A DNA stretch of 40,081 bases from Planctomycetaceae bacterium (lineage in GTDB: Bacteria > Planctomycetota > Planctomycetia > Pirellulales > UBA1268). The DNA lies in assembly GCA_018694455.1 (NCBI GenBank), contig JABHNP010000200.1, positions 1 to 40,081 of the forward strand. Reading direction: 5' to 3'. This document shows positions 10,574-20,535 of this stretch, piece by piece; within the stretch, counting starts at the first letter, position 1, and the number at the start of each line of letters is the position of its first letter. A program made the position numbers and the translations under genes. A model generated the notes under the pieces. That model saw nothing but the letters and a program-made list of their open reading frames with translations, did not search any database and was not told the DNA's origin.

Positions 10574-13381
10574 TTACGGCGCTGATGTCATTATTTCTGC
10601 ACGAAGAATCGCGTCAACTCGCCGAATAACGCTCTCAAGGTGGGCTCGGGTCGCATCGTCAAGAACCAACTTTGAGGATTTTTGTTCACTCTGTTTCAGC
10701 ACTTTTACAACCTGTTTCTGCAAACGCTTGAGCTGATAATTGGCGAGGCTCCGGGCATCCGGAGCCGCAACACTACTACGGCTACTAAAACTAACGCTCG
10801 ATAGCGTTATACGGCTTCCAACACCTAGTGCAAGTTTTCCCAAGGCGCTCAATGTCTCCGCCTGAAGATTACGCCTTAGGCTGGAAATGGCTGGGGCACG
10901 ATCCGAATACTCTCCTGTTTCTAGTTTATACACTTCTGAATAAATCGAATCCGTCAGTGTTCGTAGCAGCTCAGCTGAGGTAAACCGATCGTCCTTGGGA
11001 TCAACCTTCAATCCGTTATCAGCAAGTCTTGTAAGTGTTCGTGTGTCCAACAATTGTTGTAACATTCGCTTTTGCCACATTAGCACCGCTTCGTGAACTG
11101 GATAGTCTGGTCTATCTACGTCAACGGCGCCCCAATGAATCCATCGTGTAGACACCAGTTGATTATAAAACTCTGGTGGAAATTGATAGGATTGATCGCT
11201 AAAAACCTGTTCGGTAAGTAGCGACATCGCCTTTCGCTGTTGCCCAGCATCCACAACTCGAAACGGCGCCCTCGCCTGGGGGTCTTCACGGTGACTGCGT
11301 GAACTATGGAGCCCGCCAATAAGCCGTGAAGCAAAGTAATTGGCTTGGCCATGGGCACTAAGCAGAACACCAAAGGCTTGTCGTACCCGCTCATATCCTG
11401 CATCGTCTGCCGTAAAGCGTTCAATTAATTGTGGGATTAATTCTTGAACAACTTTTGATCGCTGCTGTGCAAATGCAATTGGATCATCCCCTAGATCGTA
11501 CCGATTTGAGAGCGGATCTGGATCGCCTGGCATTGTGTCTTCATCAGTCGCAAAAGCAAGATCCGATTCACCACTGCGAGATGCGATCTTTCGAAGAGCC
11601 GCTTTTTCCGACTCTGGGCTATTTCCACCAACAGGCCGATAGCCATAATCAATCGCCCAAAAATCATACGCGCCGAGTTGACTGGGATAATAAGGGCCCT
11701 GGAATTCGCCCTTTGGCACGATATTTACCGGGACATAATCCATCACACTTGTTGTCGCTGGTCGCCTGTCTCGCGTCTTAGCGGAATTGATCTGTTTGAG
11801 TGATGCAATTGAACTTCCTTTAAAATTGTGACGCAATCCAAGCGTGTGTCCAACTTCGTGCATGGCAACAAGTTTAAGACCCTGCTGAATCAGTTTTTCC
11901 CGTTCTTTTCCTGAAACAACCGGTGACGTGGTGGCTGCGAGTGCTGCCATTCCTAAGGCAGTCTGGAAAGCATGGCCTGAGTAAACGCCACACTGGCCGC
12001 AACCACACGAGGCAACATGACCATGCCCCTTTGTATTCGCTTGCTGATTCACGTGTCCGCCAGTAAGTAGTTCAATATTACCAGGGGTAAATGTTTCGAA
12101 TTCGTTCCGCCAATGCTTTACAAAATCGGCATCAAAAATAATGTCTGCGTCAAGAATTTGACCGGTTCTCGGATTGACACGACTAGGCCCCATAGCAAAC
12201 CCACGACCTGAAGTTATCCAACGGAACGTGTTGAAGTTGATATCCTCCGGATCCCAGTCAGTCTTATCAGGCTGTTGGCGAACCTCTATCGCGGAATCGA
12301 ACCCGGCTTTTCGGTAGGCATCATTCCATGCCGAAATTCCATCTCGAATGGCCTGACGATATTTATATGGAACCGTTCGTTCAATCCAGAAAACAATCGG
12401 CTTTTTAGGCGGAGAAATTTCTGCTTTTGGATCTGCCTTCTCAAGATGCCAACGGTTGATATACCGCACAAAACGTTCTTCACCTGTATGCTCAGAAAAG
12501 TTCTTGAGCGCTGTAACAAAATAGCCCACACGAGCATCGGTAAGCCGCGGCCGGTAATTATTCTGGGGAAGGAGGCTAATTGAATAATGCACAGTGAGGG
12601 TTGCCGCCCGAGAGTCTGGAACTGTTTCAAGAACGCTCTTCCCAGTCGAGGAGTATGTTGCGGCTACCCGCAGCTCTACATTATCTTCGAACCCTTTTGT
12701 ACTTGCCCAGTTAGTTCTATCTTTAGCAAAGGAAAAACCAGATAATTGTTTCGAGATTTTTGGCAGATCAGTAAAAAATATCTTTTCAGGATCGAATAAA
12801 ACGCCACCAGCTGGAGTCTTCGCGAGAATCGGAACACTAAACAAGATACTGTCTGTAAAAGCGTTTGCTACGGCATTGGCTTCTGGACTTCCGCTTTTCG
12901 CAAAGAATCGTACGTTTTTCCGTACCACCTGAAGTTTGTCTGCACGCTTGCGAAAGACCCACACCCAATCATCCCCGTCTCCCCAACTCATTCCACCAAG
13001 TAGAGATCGGTCACCAATGCCCTGTGCGATCGAAATGCTAACGAAAAACTCTTTCTCAAGAAGCCTGTTCGGTACTTCGATATAAAGTTTGTCTTCTTTT
13101 CTATAAAGCGGAAGAAGACCCTCAATTCTTTTTGTATCTTTTATGAGCTTCTCAAATGAACTCTCAGAGGTTGAGGCTGTCGAAGTGGGTGATTTTACAC
13201 TTGATGACTGCTTGGCTACGGAAGCAGGCTCATTCTTTTTGCTATCTTGCACCACAGGATCAGTCTTAATCTCTTCAGCTGTGGCAGTAGTGATGCCTCC
13301 GCAGCACCCCAGAACACACTCAAGGGCAACACACCAGACGATTGAGATACATAAGTTTTTAAGAAAAAAAGTTCGTACCAT
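10574..13381 (-). CDS. secreted zinc metalloprotease (HExxH met-zincin, DUF4953/DUF5117-like large protease)
   Basis: The ORF track gives 10574-13495. My preferred start is ATG at complement 13381 (MVRTFFLKNLCISIVWCVALECVLGCCGG, a signal peptide), which avoids overlap with the upstream gene. The zinc site HEVGHTLGLRHNF lies at complement 11846-11860, preceded by a CGCGQC cluster. Confidence 0.8.
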   Translation of the reverse strand: MVRTFFLKNLCISIVWCVALECVLGCCGGITTATAEEIKTDPVVQDSKKNEPASVAKQSSSVKSPTSTASTSESSFEKLIKDTKRIEGLLPLYRKEDKLYIEVPNRLLEKEFFVSISIAQGIGDRSLLGGMSWGDGDDWVWVFRKRADKLQVVRKNVRFFAKSGSPEANAVANAFTDSILFSVPILAKTPAGGVLFDPEKIFFTDLPKISKQLSGFSFAKDRTNWASTKGFEDNVELRVAATYSSTGKSVLETVPDSRAATLTVHYSISLLPQNNYRPRLTDARVGYFVTALKNFSEHTGEERFVRYINRWHLEKADPKAEISPPKKPIVFWIERTVPYKYRQAIRDGISAWNDAYRKAGFDSAIEVRQQPDKTDWDPEDINFNTFRWITSGRGFAMGPSRVNPRTGQILDADIIFDADFVKHWRNEFETFTPGNIELLTGGHVNQQANTKGHGHVASCGCGQCGVYSGHAFQTALGMAALAATTSPVVSGKEREKLIQQGLKLVAMHEVGHTLGLRHNFKGSSIASLKQINSAKTRDRRPATTSVMDYVPVNIVPKGEFQGPYYPSQLGAYDFWAIDYGYRPVGGNSPESEKAALRKIASRSGESDLAFATDEDTMPGDPDPLSNRYDLGDDPIAFAQQRSKVVQELIPQLIERFTADDAGYERVRQAFGVLLSAHGQANYFASRLIGGLHSSRSHREDPQARAPFRVVDAGQQRKAMSLLTEQVFSDQSYQFPPEFYNQLVSTRWIHWGAVDVDRPDYPVHEAVLMWQKRMLQQLLDTRTLTRLADNGLKVDPKDDRFTSAELLRTLTDSIYSEVYKLETGEYSDRAPAISSLRRNLQAETLSALGKLALGVGSRITLSSVSFSSRSSVAAPDARSLANYQLKRLQKQVVKVLKQSEQKSSKLVLDDATRAHLESVIRRVDAILRAEIMTSAP

Positions 13382-13484
13382 AAACAAGTAAAACCTTTCG
13401 GATTTCAAAGCACTGAAACAGTCGCCAGTATTACAGGCTAGCATCGCCCTGCAATTGACACCAATTGTGAACGACGATTCTCGC

Positions 13485-14879
13485 TTAAGTGCCAAACTGT
13501 AGGCGTAAAAACTGTTTTTTAAGGCCTGTTATCATGAATTTATCTGACTCGATAGCTCGTGAGGAACACACAAATACCGGTGAATCAGTTTCTTCGCGGC
13601 CCGCAATTGGCAGTCGACCGTGGCTGCCTTTTACTACAGTCGCGTCAAGCCCAATGACATCCATTAGATATCGAAATCCAAGTTTTTTCTGTACGAGTCT
13701 TTTTGCTATCCGCAGCTTCGGAAAGTGTAAATTTTTATCCAAATATAATTCTACGGGGTCATAGCCAGGCTTTCGGTGGATATCCACTGTGCGGGCGTAA
13801 TCTGGAGCAAGTTTATCATCTAACCAGAAGTAGTAGGTAAACCAGCACTGCTGCTCTGCAATGGCAATTAATTCTCCTGCTCGCTTGTGCTCGACGCCCA
13901 ACGCTTTCTGCTTCTCTCTACTCAGAACACACTCAATCCCAGAGAGTCCCTCAAGCAACGTACGAACAGAATCAACGTCCGCCTGGTCTTTTATGTACAC
14001 ATGTGCCACCTGATGATCTGCAACTGCAAATGCCTTTGACGCGCCGCAATCAAGTGTTTCCCACCCGGTTTGTTCCCGCCGGACCTGGAGGAAACCATGT
14101 TCGCGGAGTAGTCGATTGATGTGAACAGGCTGATTGACAGGAGTTATCGCATACTCCGACACCACGGCTACATCTGTACCCTGTGCTTGCGCGGACCGAA
14201 TCACCTTACCGGCTTCCGCATCGACTGCCGCTATATCTTGTGCTATACGCGGGTCGTTTGGACCATATCGCTGTAGGTTGTAGTCAAGATGTGGCAAATA
14301 CACGAGTGTTAGAGAAGGACGATACGTCTCAAACACATCAACTGATGCATCCGCAATCCAAGTCGAACTTGCTATATCTGCACCCGGACCCCAAAACTTC
14401 ATCAATGGGAACGTGCCTAGCCGGTCCTGAAGACTATCCTTCAGATTCGCTGGCTGACTGTAGGAATCAAATACCTTGCGTCCATCTGCCGGATATGTTG
14501 GTCGTGGTGTCACCGAGAAATCAACGTTTGCATACATGTTATACCACCAAAACATTTTGGCAGTTGTGTACGACGAGTCGACCTTCCTTCCGGCATCATA
14601 AATTCGTTCGCCGTGCACTAGGCTATTGGATTGCCTCCAGAAAAACACTTCGGCGAGGTCCCGGTCATACCAGCCGTTTCCTACGATGCCATGTTCACTC
14701 GGTTGAAGTCCCGTCAGTAGACTTGACTGAACCGAACACGTCACCGCTGGAAACACGGTGTGTAACGGCCTCGAAAAACCGGTTGCCGCCAAAGCTGAAA
14801 TATGTGGGGTATTTTGGCCCAGCATACTGTGAGTCAATCCGACTACATTGATTACAACAAGTGGTTTTGCTTTGCTCAT
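13485..14879 (-). CDS. alkaline-phosphatase-superfamily enzyme (nucleotide pyrophosphatase/phosphodiesterase-like)
   Basis: 464 aa. The N-terminal PLVVINVVGL...FPAVTCSVQSSLLTGLQPSEHGIVGNGW resembles the metal-site and Thr-nucleophile segment of NPP/AP-superfamily proteins. A later YLPHLDY segment and GSHG near the C-terminus are consistent with this. Confidence 0.7.
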   Translation of the reverse strand: MSKAKPLVVINVVGLTHSMLGQNTPHISALAATGFSRPLHTVFPAVTCSVQSSLLTGLQPSEHGIVGNGWYDRDLAEVFFWRQSNSLVHGERIYDAGRKVDSSYTTAKMFWWYNMYANVDFSVTPRPTYPADGRKVFDSYSQPANLKDSLQDRLGTFPLMKFWGPGADIASSTWIADASVDVFETYRPSLTLVYLPHLDYNLQRYGPNDPRIAQDIAAVDAEAGKVIRSAQAQGTDVAVVSEYAITPVNQPVHINRLLREHGFLQVRREQTGWETLDCGASKAFAVADHQVAHVYIKDQADVDSVRTLLEGLSGIECVLSREKQKALGVEHKRAGELIAIAEQQCWFTYYFWLDDKLAPDYARTVDIHRKPGYDPVELYLDKNLHFPKLRIAKRLVQKKLGFRYLMDVIGLDATVVKGSHGRLPIAGREETDSPVFVCSSRAIESDKFMITGLKKQFLRLQFGT

Positions 14880-14900
14880 CTCATCTAGAATACCACTACC

Positions 14901-16088
14901 TTGTCAAACCAGTACTTCGACTTAAAACTTTGTTGGTTTCGGCCAAGAACATTGGAGTGTCTCTCGGTGAACAGACAACCAAATAGCGACCTGGAGACCA
15001 GCCAAAAACGGCAATGTGAGGATTCCAATGATCAACCACGGCGAGTAGTTCATCATTTTTTCAATCCCGATCTCGCAGAAAATTTTGAGATTACGCGTCC
15101 AACTGGAACTGGCGCAAGTGGATCTGCCACATATATTCTTAGCCGGCCCTACACAACAAAGAAACACATTCTTAAAGAACTACCAAGAAATCTTCCTCTC
15201 GAAAAGATTGAGTGGACCCAAATGTTCTCTCATTGGCTTCGCACCTCCGGATATACAGCGACCCCAATTGCAACGCCATGTCGTATAAATGGACGCAGTC
15301 AACAGTGTTTCAATCCCATGATCGCTTCCGATTGTGATGGCTCTTCTTGGCAATGCATTGAGTTTATGGACGGCTGTCCGCGTAAGAGTCCAACCACCCA
15401 AGATGTTCAAGTGGCAATCGAGGCTATAGCCGCATTGCACTGTCGAGCGAAGTCCTTCCCAACACCGAGACCTCGAGAGCTAACCGGCTGGCAACGCCGC
15501 GTTCGCCAGCTTTCTTCTATTTTGTGCTCGCCGAGAATTTTTCCGAATAAGTCAAACTTCTCTACAACATTGAGCGACGAAGTCCGGGAATGGTGCAACC
15601 AATTCTACAGCCTACTCCGGTCACCTGAAGTGGTCCGTGTACTCACGCGAATGACTTCACACACTATGCCCACAATGAAAATGCCTGTTCTTCAGGACTG
15701 CTGGTGGGAGCACATTTTATTTTCAGAAAATGGACAAACTATCACAGGTGTAATTGACTTCGATTCGGCAAACCGCGACGACCCGGCTGTTGATGTGTCG
15801 CGGCTCCTAGGATCTTGGCAGACAGAAAACGCTCTTTTCACGGAAAGGCTTGTCGATCTTTGGCCAGAGGCGTTTGAAGCGTACACACAGACCTACCACT
15901 GCAAGCCTGATTTCTCGACACGCGTGCAGCGTCTTCACGACACGGCTATTATCTGTGGCCTTGACCGTTGGTTCTCTTGGGTTTTGGTTGAAAACCGTCA
16001 ATTTTCAAACATGCACTGGGTCATTGAACGGATACGGAGGCTATTTCTAGCAACTCCGCACGCCCTCAAGCGACTTGGAGCTGACTAA
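14901..16088 (+). CDS. APH-fold phosphotransferase (aminoglycoside/choline/homoserine-kinase-like family)
   Basis: LQDCWWEHILF...ITGVIDFDSANRDDPAVDVSRLL corresponds to the catalytic-loop and DFD metal-binding segments of the APH/ChoK kinase fold. The start is uncertain: TTG 14901 lies only 21 nt from the divergent gene, and in-frame TTG 14952 or GTG 14967 are alternatives. Confidence 0.6.
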   Translation: MSNQYFDLKLCWFRPRTLECLSVNRQPNSDLETSQKRQCEDSNDQPRRVVHHFFNPDLAENFEITRPTGTGASGSATYILSRPYTTKKHILKELPRNLPLEKIEWTQMFSHWLRTSGYTATPIATPCRINGRSQQCFNPMIASDCDGSSWQCIEFMDGCPRKSPTTQDVQVAIEAIAALHCRAKSFPTPRPRELTGWQRRVRQLSSILCSPRIFPNKSNFSTTLSDEVREWCNQFYSLLRSPEVVRVLTRMTSHTMPTMKMPVLQDCWWEHILFSENGQTITGVIDFDSANRDDPAVDVSRLLGSWQTENALFTERLVDLWPEAFEAYTQTYHCKPDFSTRVQRLHDTAIICGLDRWFSWVLVENRQFSNMHWVIERIRRLFLATPHALKRLGAD

Positions 16089-16305
16089 CCCCGACCTAAC
16101 GGACCCTGACGTAACGGAAATTGACTGGATTGATTGGGGGCCGATACACTCGGTATCGAACAAATAGTATTACGAAACTGTAATCAACTGCTCTCTGGAA
16201 TAACTGGACGCTGTTTTTTACAGGTAAAATTTTCCTCAGCGGATCAAACCTGCTCGCCCCAACCCTCACGATCGCTGTCCCCTGCTCCTCTTAGGTAACC
16301 TACCC

Positions 16306-18741
16306 TTGCCAGACAAAAGTTTTCGCTTGTTTTCTTGGTGCACAATTGTCGTTGCATTATTTCTCCTGCACCCGGAAACTGCTCTTCATGCAGCGCCCAC
16401 TGGCCCATCAACAGCTTTATTTTCCGATAAGGATCTGCTGAACTCAGGTGTCTCGGTCATCCAACCGGTAGTCGTCTCTGCCCGCATTGAAGCTCGAGAC
16501 ACATCAAAAATTTTGGTTATTGTTGCAGAACTCGGCCCCGGCTGGCATTTGTATTCACTCCAACAAAAACCGGGTGGTCCTCGACCAACGAAAATTTCCG
16601 TTTCCACAAAATCTGCGTATCTTCCTGAGGCATCTTTTGTTGCGACACCACCGCCTGAAAAAAAGACGATTGATGGTGTACCTGGCTGGGAAGGGTTAAT
16701 TGTTGAAGAACACGCAGGGAAAGTAACTTGGACTGCACCCTTAGAGAAAAATCCACAATCAGAAGAAGATACAGTCGTCGGAAATGTCAGCCTGCAGTTG
16801 TGCAAAGACAATGCTTGTACACCACCGCAGACCATTCCTTTCAGTGCAATACTCACTGGGACACAAGAGGACGTTACGATACCTGCTATTCAGCATCTAC
16901 CAGAACGGGGACATGTTGCAATTGAGGGATCGGTTGGCCCTCCGACTCAATCTGACAATGGGTGTTTAGCGTGGCCCGTTCACATTGAATTACTTCCACA
17001 GGCCGGCTGGCATCTCTACGCTCCGAAGACTGATCCAACGACTGCAATTGGCCAAGGCAAACCATCTATCATTTCATTAGCACCTGGTGGGGCCGTTCGC
17101 GTGTGTGAAATTCTGGCCAATGAGCCACGACTTCTCGATGACCCTGAACTCAAGGCTGCTGGTGCTGTTGAAGGCTCAATACGATTTACACTCCAGGTCG
17201 AAAAACAAGACGCCAGCCTAAGTGATGGTCTCGACCAGCGTCCCCAGCTTGAAGCTATTATCGGCTATCAAACATGCAGTGATGTCACATGCGACCCTCC
17301 CTGGGCGAGCCGCTTGAGCATCACGCTTCCAGAAGGAACTAACGACAGCCCAAAACTCGTCTTCTCAGACAGTCGCTACGGAGAAGCAGCACAGCACCCC
17401 GCGGCCCTCACTTTTCCATCTCAGGAAAAACCTCAACTGTCCCCTGTCGCTCAAACAGCAGAGCCAGTACCTGCCAACTCGCTTTCTCTTCCAGTCGCCC
17501 TACTCGCCGGACTGCTTGGTGGGCTTATCCTCAACCTTATGCCATGTGTACTGCCAGTACTTGGCCTGAAACTAATGTCGTTTGCCCAGCAATCGGGCCG
17601 CGCTCGACAAGAGATTTTTCAACTCAATCTCTGGTACTGCGCAGGACTTTATGCCGTATTTTTCGTTTTAGCAACTGCGAGCGTTGCAGCCAACCTGGGC
17701 CTTGCGGGCAATAATCTTGCATGGGGCGAACAATTCACCTCTTCCGGTTTCAACATCACGATGGCGGCAATCGTCTTTAGCTTTGCTTTATCTTTCCTTG
17801 GGGTGTGGGAATTGCCTATACCTGGTTTCATAGGATCGACTGCAGGCAAAGTTCAGACGCAAGAGGGACCGGCTGGGTCTTTTTTCAAGGGCGTGCTGAG
17901 TACCGTGCTGGCAACCCCATGCAGCGGGCCGTTTCTCGGTCCTGTCTTTGGATTTACACTCACGCAGCCAACCGGCGTCACCTATGCTGTTTTCGCAGCC
18001 ATCGCAACTGGTATGGCACTCCCTTACTTCATTGTCGGCATATTCCCTTCGCTCATCCGGTTTGTCCCGAAGCCAGGACCATGGATGGAAACTCTTAAAG
18101 AAGTTTTGGGATTTGTCATGCTGGGCACTGTCGTCTTCTTGTTTACTTTCCTGGATAGTAATTATTTCGTACCTACATTTGCACTACTTATCAGTATCTG
18201 GATTGGCTGCTGGTGGGTCGGACGGTATCAAAAGACAAAAGGCATGGCTGGATTTATGCAGTGGCTGCAGGCTGCTGCCGTTTCAGTAACACTAGGCACG
18301 CTCGTCTTTTCATATCTCGGACCATCCGATTCGGTCATTGATTGGGAGCCTTTTTCCAAAGAGCGCCTGGCCGAGCTACGCAGTAAGGGGTCCACTGTCA
18401 TGGTTGATTTCTCAGCTGAATGGTGTCTCACCTGTAAATACAATCTGGCTTTTGCAATTGAGACCTCACGAGTCAAAACAGCGATTGAAAAACGCAAGGT
18501 TGTTCCAATGCTGGCCGATTGGACTGATGGATCTCCAGAAATTAAAGCAATGCTCGAAAGCCTCAACAGCAAATCGATACCTGTACTTGCATTTTTTCCA
18601 CCCAACGCAAAAAATGCGAAGGAAAGTCAACCAATTATTCTAAGGGATTTAGTAACTGAGTCTCAGGTCCTCGACGCAATTGAAAAAGTTGAGCTGGTGC
18701 GCCCACCTGTGCCAGATATGCGATCACGTACCGCTGGATAA
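16306..18741 (+). CDS. DsbD-like thiol:disulfide interchange protein (two N-terminal DsbC/DsbD-alpha-like domains + CcdA/DsbD membrane core + thioredoxin domain)
   Basis: 811 aa with a signal peptide. There are two GWHLY...C..xxC.PP modules (LQLCKDNACTPP and YQTCSDVTCDPP). The membrane core has LNLMPCVLPVLGLK and LATPCSGPFLGP. The C-terminal thioredoxin fold has DFSAEWCLTCKYN. Confidence 0.8.
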   Translation: MPDKSFRLFSWCTIVVALFLLHPETALHAAPTGPSTALFSDKDLLNSGVSVIQPVVVSARIEARDTSKILVIVAELGPGWHLYSLQQKPGGPRPTKISVSTKSAYLPEASFVATPPPEKKTIDGVPGWEGLIVEEHAGKVTWTAPLEKNPQSEEDTVVGNVSLQLCKDNACTPPQTIPFSAILTGTQEDVTIPAIQHLPERGHVAIEGSVGPPTQSDNGCLAWPVHIELLPQAGWHLYAPKTDPTTAIGQGKPSIISLAPGGAVRVCEILANEPRLLDDPELKAAGAVEGSIRFTLQVEKQDASLSDGLDQRPQLEAIIGYQTCSDVTCDPPWASRLSITLPEGTNDSPKLVFSDSRYGEAAQHPAALTFPSQEKPQLSPVAQTAEPVPANSLSLPVALLAGLLGGLILNLMPCVLPVLGLKLMSFAQQSGRARQEIFQLNLWYCAGLYAVFFVLATASVAANLGLAGNNLAWGEQFTSSGFNITMAAIVFSFALSFLGVWELPIPGFIGSTAGKVQTQEGPAGSFFKGVLSTVLATPCSGPFLGPVFGFTLTQPTGVTYAVFAAIATGMALPYFIVGIFPSLIRFVPKPGPWMETLKEVLGFVMLGTVVFLFTFLDSNYFVPTFALLISIWIGCWWVGRYQKTKGMAGFMQWLQAAAVSVTLGTLVFSYLGPSDSVIDWEPFSKERLAELRSKGSTVMVDFSAEWCLTCKYNLAFAIETSRVKTAIEKRKVVPMLADWTDGSPEIKAMLESLNSKSIPVLAFFPPNAKNAKESQPIILRDLVTESQVLDAIEKVELVRPPVPDMRSRTAG

Positions 18742-18960
18742 CACCACGCTACAATTAGCGGATCGATACTTCTTGTCCCGTTGGGCAGAGTTTTGCACGA
18801 CTGGAAGACACCAAAGAAAACGGTTTCATGCAAGCAGACTGCGAATATGCTGGTGCAACGTTGGGAGGCTTATAGTTGGTCGCGTACTTGGATGGTAGGC
18901 TACGAAACTTAATTTTAACGCACCGAAGCGCCTCCCCTTATGTCTCAATTGCCCTAAAGC

Positions 18961-20514
18961 ATGATGCCAATAATTAGGAATCCAATCCTTCCAGGATTTA
19001 ATCCAGATCCGTCAATTTGTCGTGTGGATAATGACTTTTACATAGCAACCTCAACATTCGAGTGGTTCCCTGGCGTTCAAATTCATCACTCTCGAGACCT
19101 CGTAAATTGGCAACTACATACTCATGCGCTGAATGAAAAACGTCTTCTTGATTTACAAGGCGTACCAAGCTCAGGTGGCATCTGGGCGCCTGCGCTGAGT
19201 TGGCACGATGGTCTCTTTTACCTGTGCTATACCATTGTTCACCAGCACGAAGCCGCAACCAAAGACACTCCAAATTTTCTTATTACGGCCCCATCACTTC
19301 ACGGACCCTGGTCTGATCCTGTGTACATCAACTCTTCAGGTTTTGACCCATCGCTTTTTCATGATGACGACGGCAGGAAATATTGGCTAAATATGGTCTG
19401 GGACCATCGGCCCGAACACCATCCATTTTATGGAATCACGAAACAGGAAATAAACCCTGCTTCTTTTGCACTTATTGGGCAACCAAAACTCATCTTTAAG
19501 GGCACCGAAATTGGACTTACCGAAGGTCCTCATATATATAAAAAAAACGGTCTGTACTACTTGCTCACTGCGGAGGGTGGTACTGAGTACAACCACGCAG
19601 TCACACTTGCTCGTTCAACACACATCGATGGTCCTTACGAAGTACACCCGCACAACCCTGTGCTTACCTCGAAAGGCGATGAGTCTCTTGGTCTTCAGAA
19701 AGCAGGGCACGCAAGTCTTATTGAGACGCAAGGAGGCGAATGGTATCTCCCGCACCTTTGTGGACGGCCACTTCCAGGAACACGCCGATGTAATCTCGGA
19801 CGAGAAACAGCAATACAGAAAATGGAGTGGCGAGACGATGGGTGGTTATATGTTGCTGGTGGTGGGAATTATCCGAAGGAAGACGTTGAGGCCCCTGCCC
19901 TCGCACCTCATCCTTGGCCAAAACTAGCAAAACGATTGCCCTTTACATCACCCCACTTTGCCACACCTCGTGGACCATCAAGCACGATCATGGCTTCGGA
20001 GAAAAAATTAATCCTGTTTGGCTCAGAGTCTCTCGAGTCGTGCTTTTCAAAATCCTTACTCGCTCGACGTCTCACGCATCACAATCTTACGGCTACCACC
20101 AAACTCTCATTTAATCCGGCGTCGTTCCAACAGATGGCTGGCATCACCGCGTACTATAACAATCGGCTTTTTCATCACTTATACCTCTCACACGACGAAA
20201 CAATTGGCGCCTGCCTTCATATTCATACCTGCGACGATGGCGTGTCAAAATTTCCACTAGGCACGTCACCTGTGCCAGTCGATTGTGAGGAATTATTCCT
20301 TCGAATAGCGTTTAAAGAATCAGTTCTGCAATTTTCCTGGTCCACTGATGGAGAACGTTTCTCATCGATAGGGCCCTCGCTCGATGCTTCAATTCTCTCT
20401 GATGACTACGGCAAACACCTTGATTTCACGGGGACATTTGTCGGACTGACTTCGGTCGACATGAGTGGCATGAAGCATCCCGCAGAATTTTATTTCCTAG
20501 AATTTCTTACCTAA
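18961..20514 (+). CDS. GH43 glycoside hydrolase (beta-xylosidase/alpha-L-arabinofuranosidase, XynB-like) with C-terminal beta-sandwich
   Basis: IRNPILPGFNPDPSICRVDNDFYIATSTFEWFPGVQIHHSRDLVNWQ, GIWAPALSWHDGLFYL and TEGPHIYKKNGLYYLLTAEGGT are hallmark GH43 XynB-type segments. They include the catalytic Asp (NPDPS) and Glu (TEGPH). Confidence 0.85.
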   Translation: MMPIIRNPILPGFNPDPSICRVDNDFYIATSTFEWFPGVQIHHSRDLVNWQLHTHALNEKRLLDLQGVPSSGGIWAPALSWHDGLFYLCYTIVHQHEAATKDTPNFLITAPSLHGPWSDPVYINSSGFDPSLFHDDDGRKYWLNMVWDHRPEHHPFYGITKQEINPASFALIGQPKLIFKGTEIGLTEGPHIYKKNGLYYLLTAEGGTEYNHAVTLARSTHIDGPYEVHPHNPVLTSKGDESLGLQKAGHASLIETQGGEWYLPHLCGRPLPGTRRCNLGRETAIQKMEWRDDGWLYVAGGGNYPKEDVEAPALAPHPWPKLAKRLPFTSPHFATPRGPSSTIMASEKKLILFGSESLESCFSKSLLARRLTHHNLTATTKLSFNPASFQQMAGITAYYNNRLFHHLYLSHDETIGACLHIHTCDDGVSKFPLGTSPVPVDCEELFLRIAFKESVLQFSWSTDGERFSSIGPSLDASILSDDYGKHLDFTGTFVGLTSVDMSGMKHPAEFYFLEFLT

Positions 20515-20535
20515 AATTTGAAACGAACATGCGAT

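Noticed and set aside
13382-13495. 38-codon N-terminal extension of the metalloprotease ORF
   Set aside because: It would overlap the upstream gene's 3' end. The internal ATG at complement 13381 gives a hydrophobic signal peptide.
16142-16158. CGATAC-ACTCG-GTATCG hairpin after the kinase gene as a terminator
   Set aside because: The stem is only 6 bp, there is no U-tract, and it lies 54 nt past the stop. That is too weak to list as a feature.
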